DNA from: Hydrolagus colliei
Taxonomy: Eukaryota
Direction of reading: 5' to 3'
Assembly (NCBI GenBank): GCA_035084275.1
Contig: CM068756.1
Coordinates: 8,990,001 to 9,054,000, forward strand
DNA: 64,000 bases
Both the position numbers and the translations under genes were made by a program. Of this stretch, positions 62,298 to 64,000 are shown in pieces (positions within the stretch are counted from its first letter, which is position 1; every line of letters begins with the position of its first letter). The notes beneath the pieces were generated by a model. That model was not told where the DNA came from. It saw only the letters and a list, made by a program, of their open reading frames with translations, and did no database searches.

Positions 62298-64000
62298 TAC
62301 CGAAGGTTTAGCATTCTTCTCGCAGTGTTAGGTTTTGAGAAGATATGGAGGCAGACACTGCTTTTCAGAGTTAACTTCTAAGAAAGCAGGAGCAATGTGC
62401 AGTGCTTTTTGGAGCATTAAATCCACTGAGTTGAAATTTGACAGTCTCCCTTATAGGACTGCCAGGTGAATGTCAAACAGCATGAAAGTTAATTCTGCGC
62501 AGGTAAATCAAATCTCTGTGAGCAAGGATTGTACATGAAGAACCCATTTGTATCCCACCGAGCCTCTGCAATGTCAAGTACAGTGCACAGATTTGCAGAG
62601 GGCTGAACTGCAGTAATGATGAGATAGCTACAGCTGGATGGCTGTATTATGATTTAAATCACTGTTTCTGATGCCTTTGAGACTGTGGCTTGGGCTATGG
62701 CTTTTCCTGGGGCGCAGGTTGCAACCGAGGGTACATTATTTTCAGTGAGGAAGGTGAAAGGCAGTTGAGTGGAAGAGATGGCGAGGTAAAGGCAGGTGCC
62801 CCATGGGTCTGCAGTGAAGGCAGTGGGATAAAGGTAATATGTTGGTAAAGGCCCTATGGATCTTACCTTGTGTTTTACTTAAGACTAGCTACAGTGCTTT
62901 TAGTCAATGGTATTGATTAGTTGATCTGATAAGTTGGCAGGTTCCCTGATGTGTTAAATTTCTTTTTTCACATGGCTGTAAGTGTGGAAGGAGTGTGAGC
63001 AGCAAGAGCATTGAATCTCAGTGGACACCAACTCTCAGGCTGCTTGTGATCAGATTTCGCCGAGCACGCCAACTCCAATCACTCACACACCAATCATTTT
63101 TAAGGTCTGAAGCATATCTGCGGATGGTTCTCAAGATGTAGATTAAGGGAACTGAACACTGGCTGTGCTCGTAAGAAGCCTCCGTTGATATTGCTTTGAA
63201 CAAAATGGCTTCATTTCTGTAGTGGGGGTGTTGCTATAATCCTAACGCCATGTTTTCTCTCCTTAAAACACACAAAGACTAATTGCAGTGCAGACAGGAC
63301 AAATCTTTGTAATCCTTGCTGTCATCTCAACTAAGTCCAAACCCATTTGTACTAACCTTTGCTGACAGAGTCACATGATGTACATAATTTCTAGTAATTT
63401 ACCAGCAGTAGATCTAACCTTTCCTCATCAAATATTCATAAAGGCATGATTCTCAATGATTTTCTGTCTCTTTCTATATTTACAGCTTGTTGTCTTCTTC
63501 CTTCTACTGTAATTTGGACACATTTGAAGTCGGATGGAATTAAACTGAACTTGGTTCAGCTTCTCTGGTGGAAAATAGGAATAATAATTTGGGGTGGAAA
63601 ATTGCGCTCTCTAACTCTATGGACCACACTTTGAACACCATCTTATTTCATACTTTTGGTGCATAGAAAATCTTTATTGTTTTAATTGCATTGTACCTTT
63701 ATTTCAATTTGTAAATCGTGAGGATCAGGTAAGAAAACAAGAAGGCCTACAATCCTCTGTGCTACTTCTTTGTGGAAATATTGTTTTAAAGATTTTCCAT
63801 GAGGTTGCAAAACTTGAATAACAGAAATTATGACAAACTGATGACGAAGCATCCAGTGAATTATGGTTTCAGTGATCACAGTGTAAAGAGACATTTAATA
63901 CAGTAATATGAATTATGTTAAAGAGTAACATTAAGATGAGCTCAGAGAGGCATTTTCCAAAGAGTCAAGGTTTATATCTGGAATAGTACCTAAGCTTATT

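Larger units (their letters stand above)
9872..64000 (+). other. FTO: FTO intron 8 (5' part, more than 54 kb; terminal exon 9 not found in the window)
   Basis: Starts at GTAAGG. No acceptor followed by a CQS...PYW...PLPFDL-like frame was seen by eye. Confidence 0.75.

Noticed and set aside
1-64000. The 60-144 aa ORFs of the ORF track as genes, or a prokaryotic operon or defence system
   Set aside because: They are short, overlap on both strands and have no recognisable domains except decayed LINE fragments. The DNA is vertebrate intron.
9872-64000. FTO terminal exon 9
   Set aside because: Manual search for an acceptor with a C..S/..PYW/PLPFDL-like frame found nothing. It probably lies beyond the window; TBLASTN would be decisive.

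Overview
This is AT-rich eukaryotic (vertebrate) genomic DNA, not a prokaryotic locus. Apart from the LINE fragments noted below, the short ORFs in the supplied track look spurious. The single protein-coding signal is absent from that track: a 125-nt internal exon at 9747-9871 (+) with clean splice sites, encoding TKLLLHEINKEEWPSEKRCEILSCLLPLVEERQNLRMSWMA(R). It matches exon 8 of FTO (m6A demethylase, C-terminal domain). The window is therefore the end of FTO intron 7, exon 8 and the first 54 kb of intron 8, which in other gnathostomes is part of the IRX3/IRX5 (IrxB) regulatory landscape. The repeats point to a cartilaginous fish, probably a holocephalan (inference): more than 20 copies of a tRNA-head/Deu-domain/L2-tail SINE, an AmnSINE2-like SINE, and CR1, L2, RTE and Penelope-like relics. 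Points of interest are repeat-free blocks with Meis, Pbx-Hox, GATA and RARE motif clusters (candidate enhancers), a nested L2/SINE/CR1/hAT-MITE insertion, a fold-back SINE, inverted SINE pairs around exon 8, candidate recursive splice sites and a 71-bp spaced duplication. I found no evidence for a novel multi-gene system. All family assignments are from recalled consensus sequences, not from database searches, and repeat boundaries are approximate.
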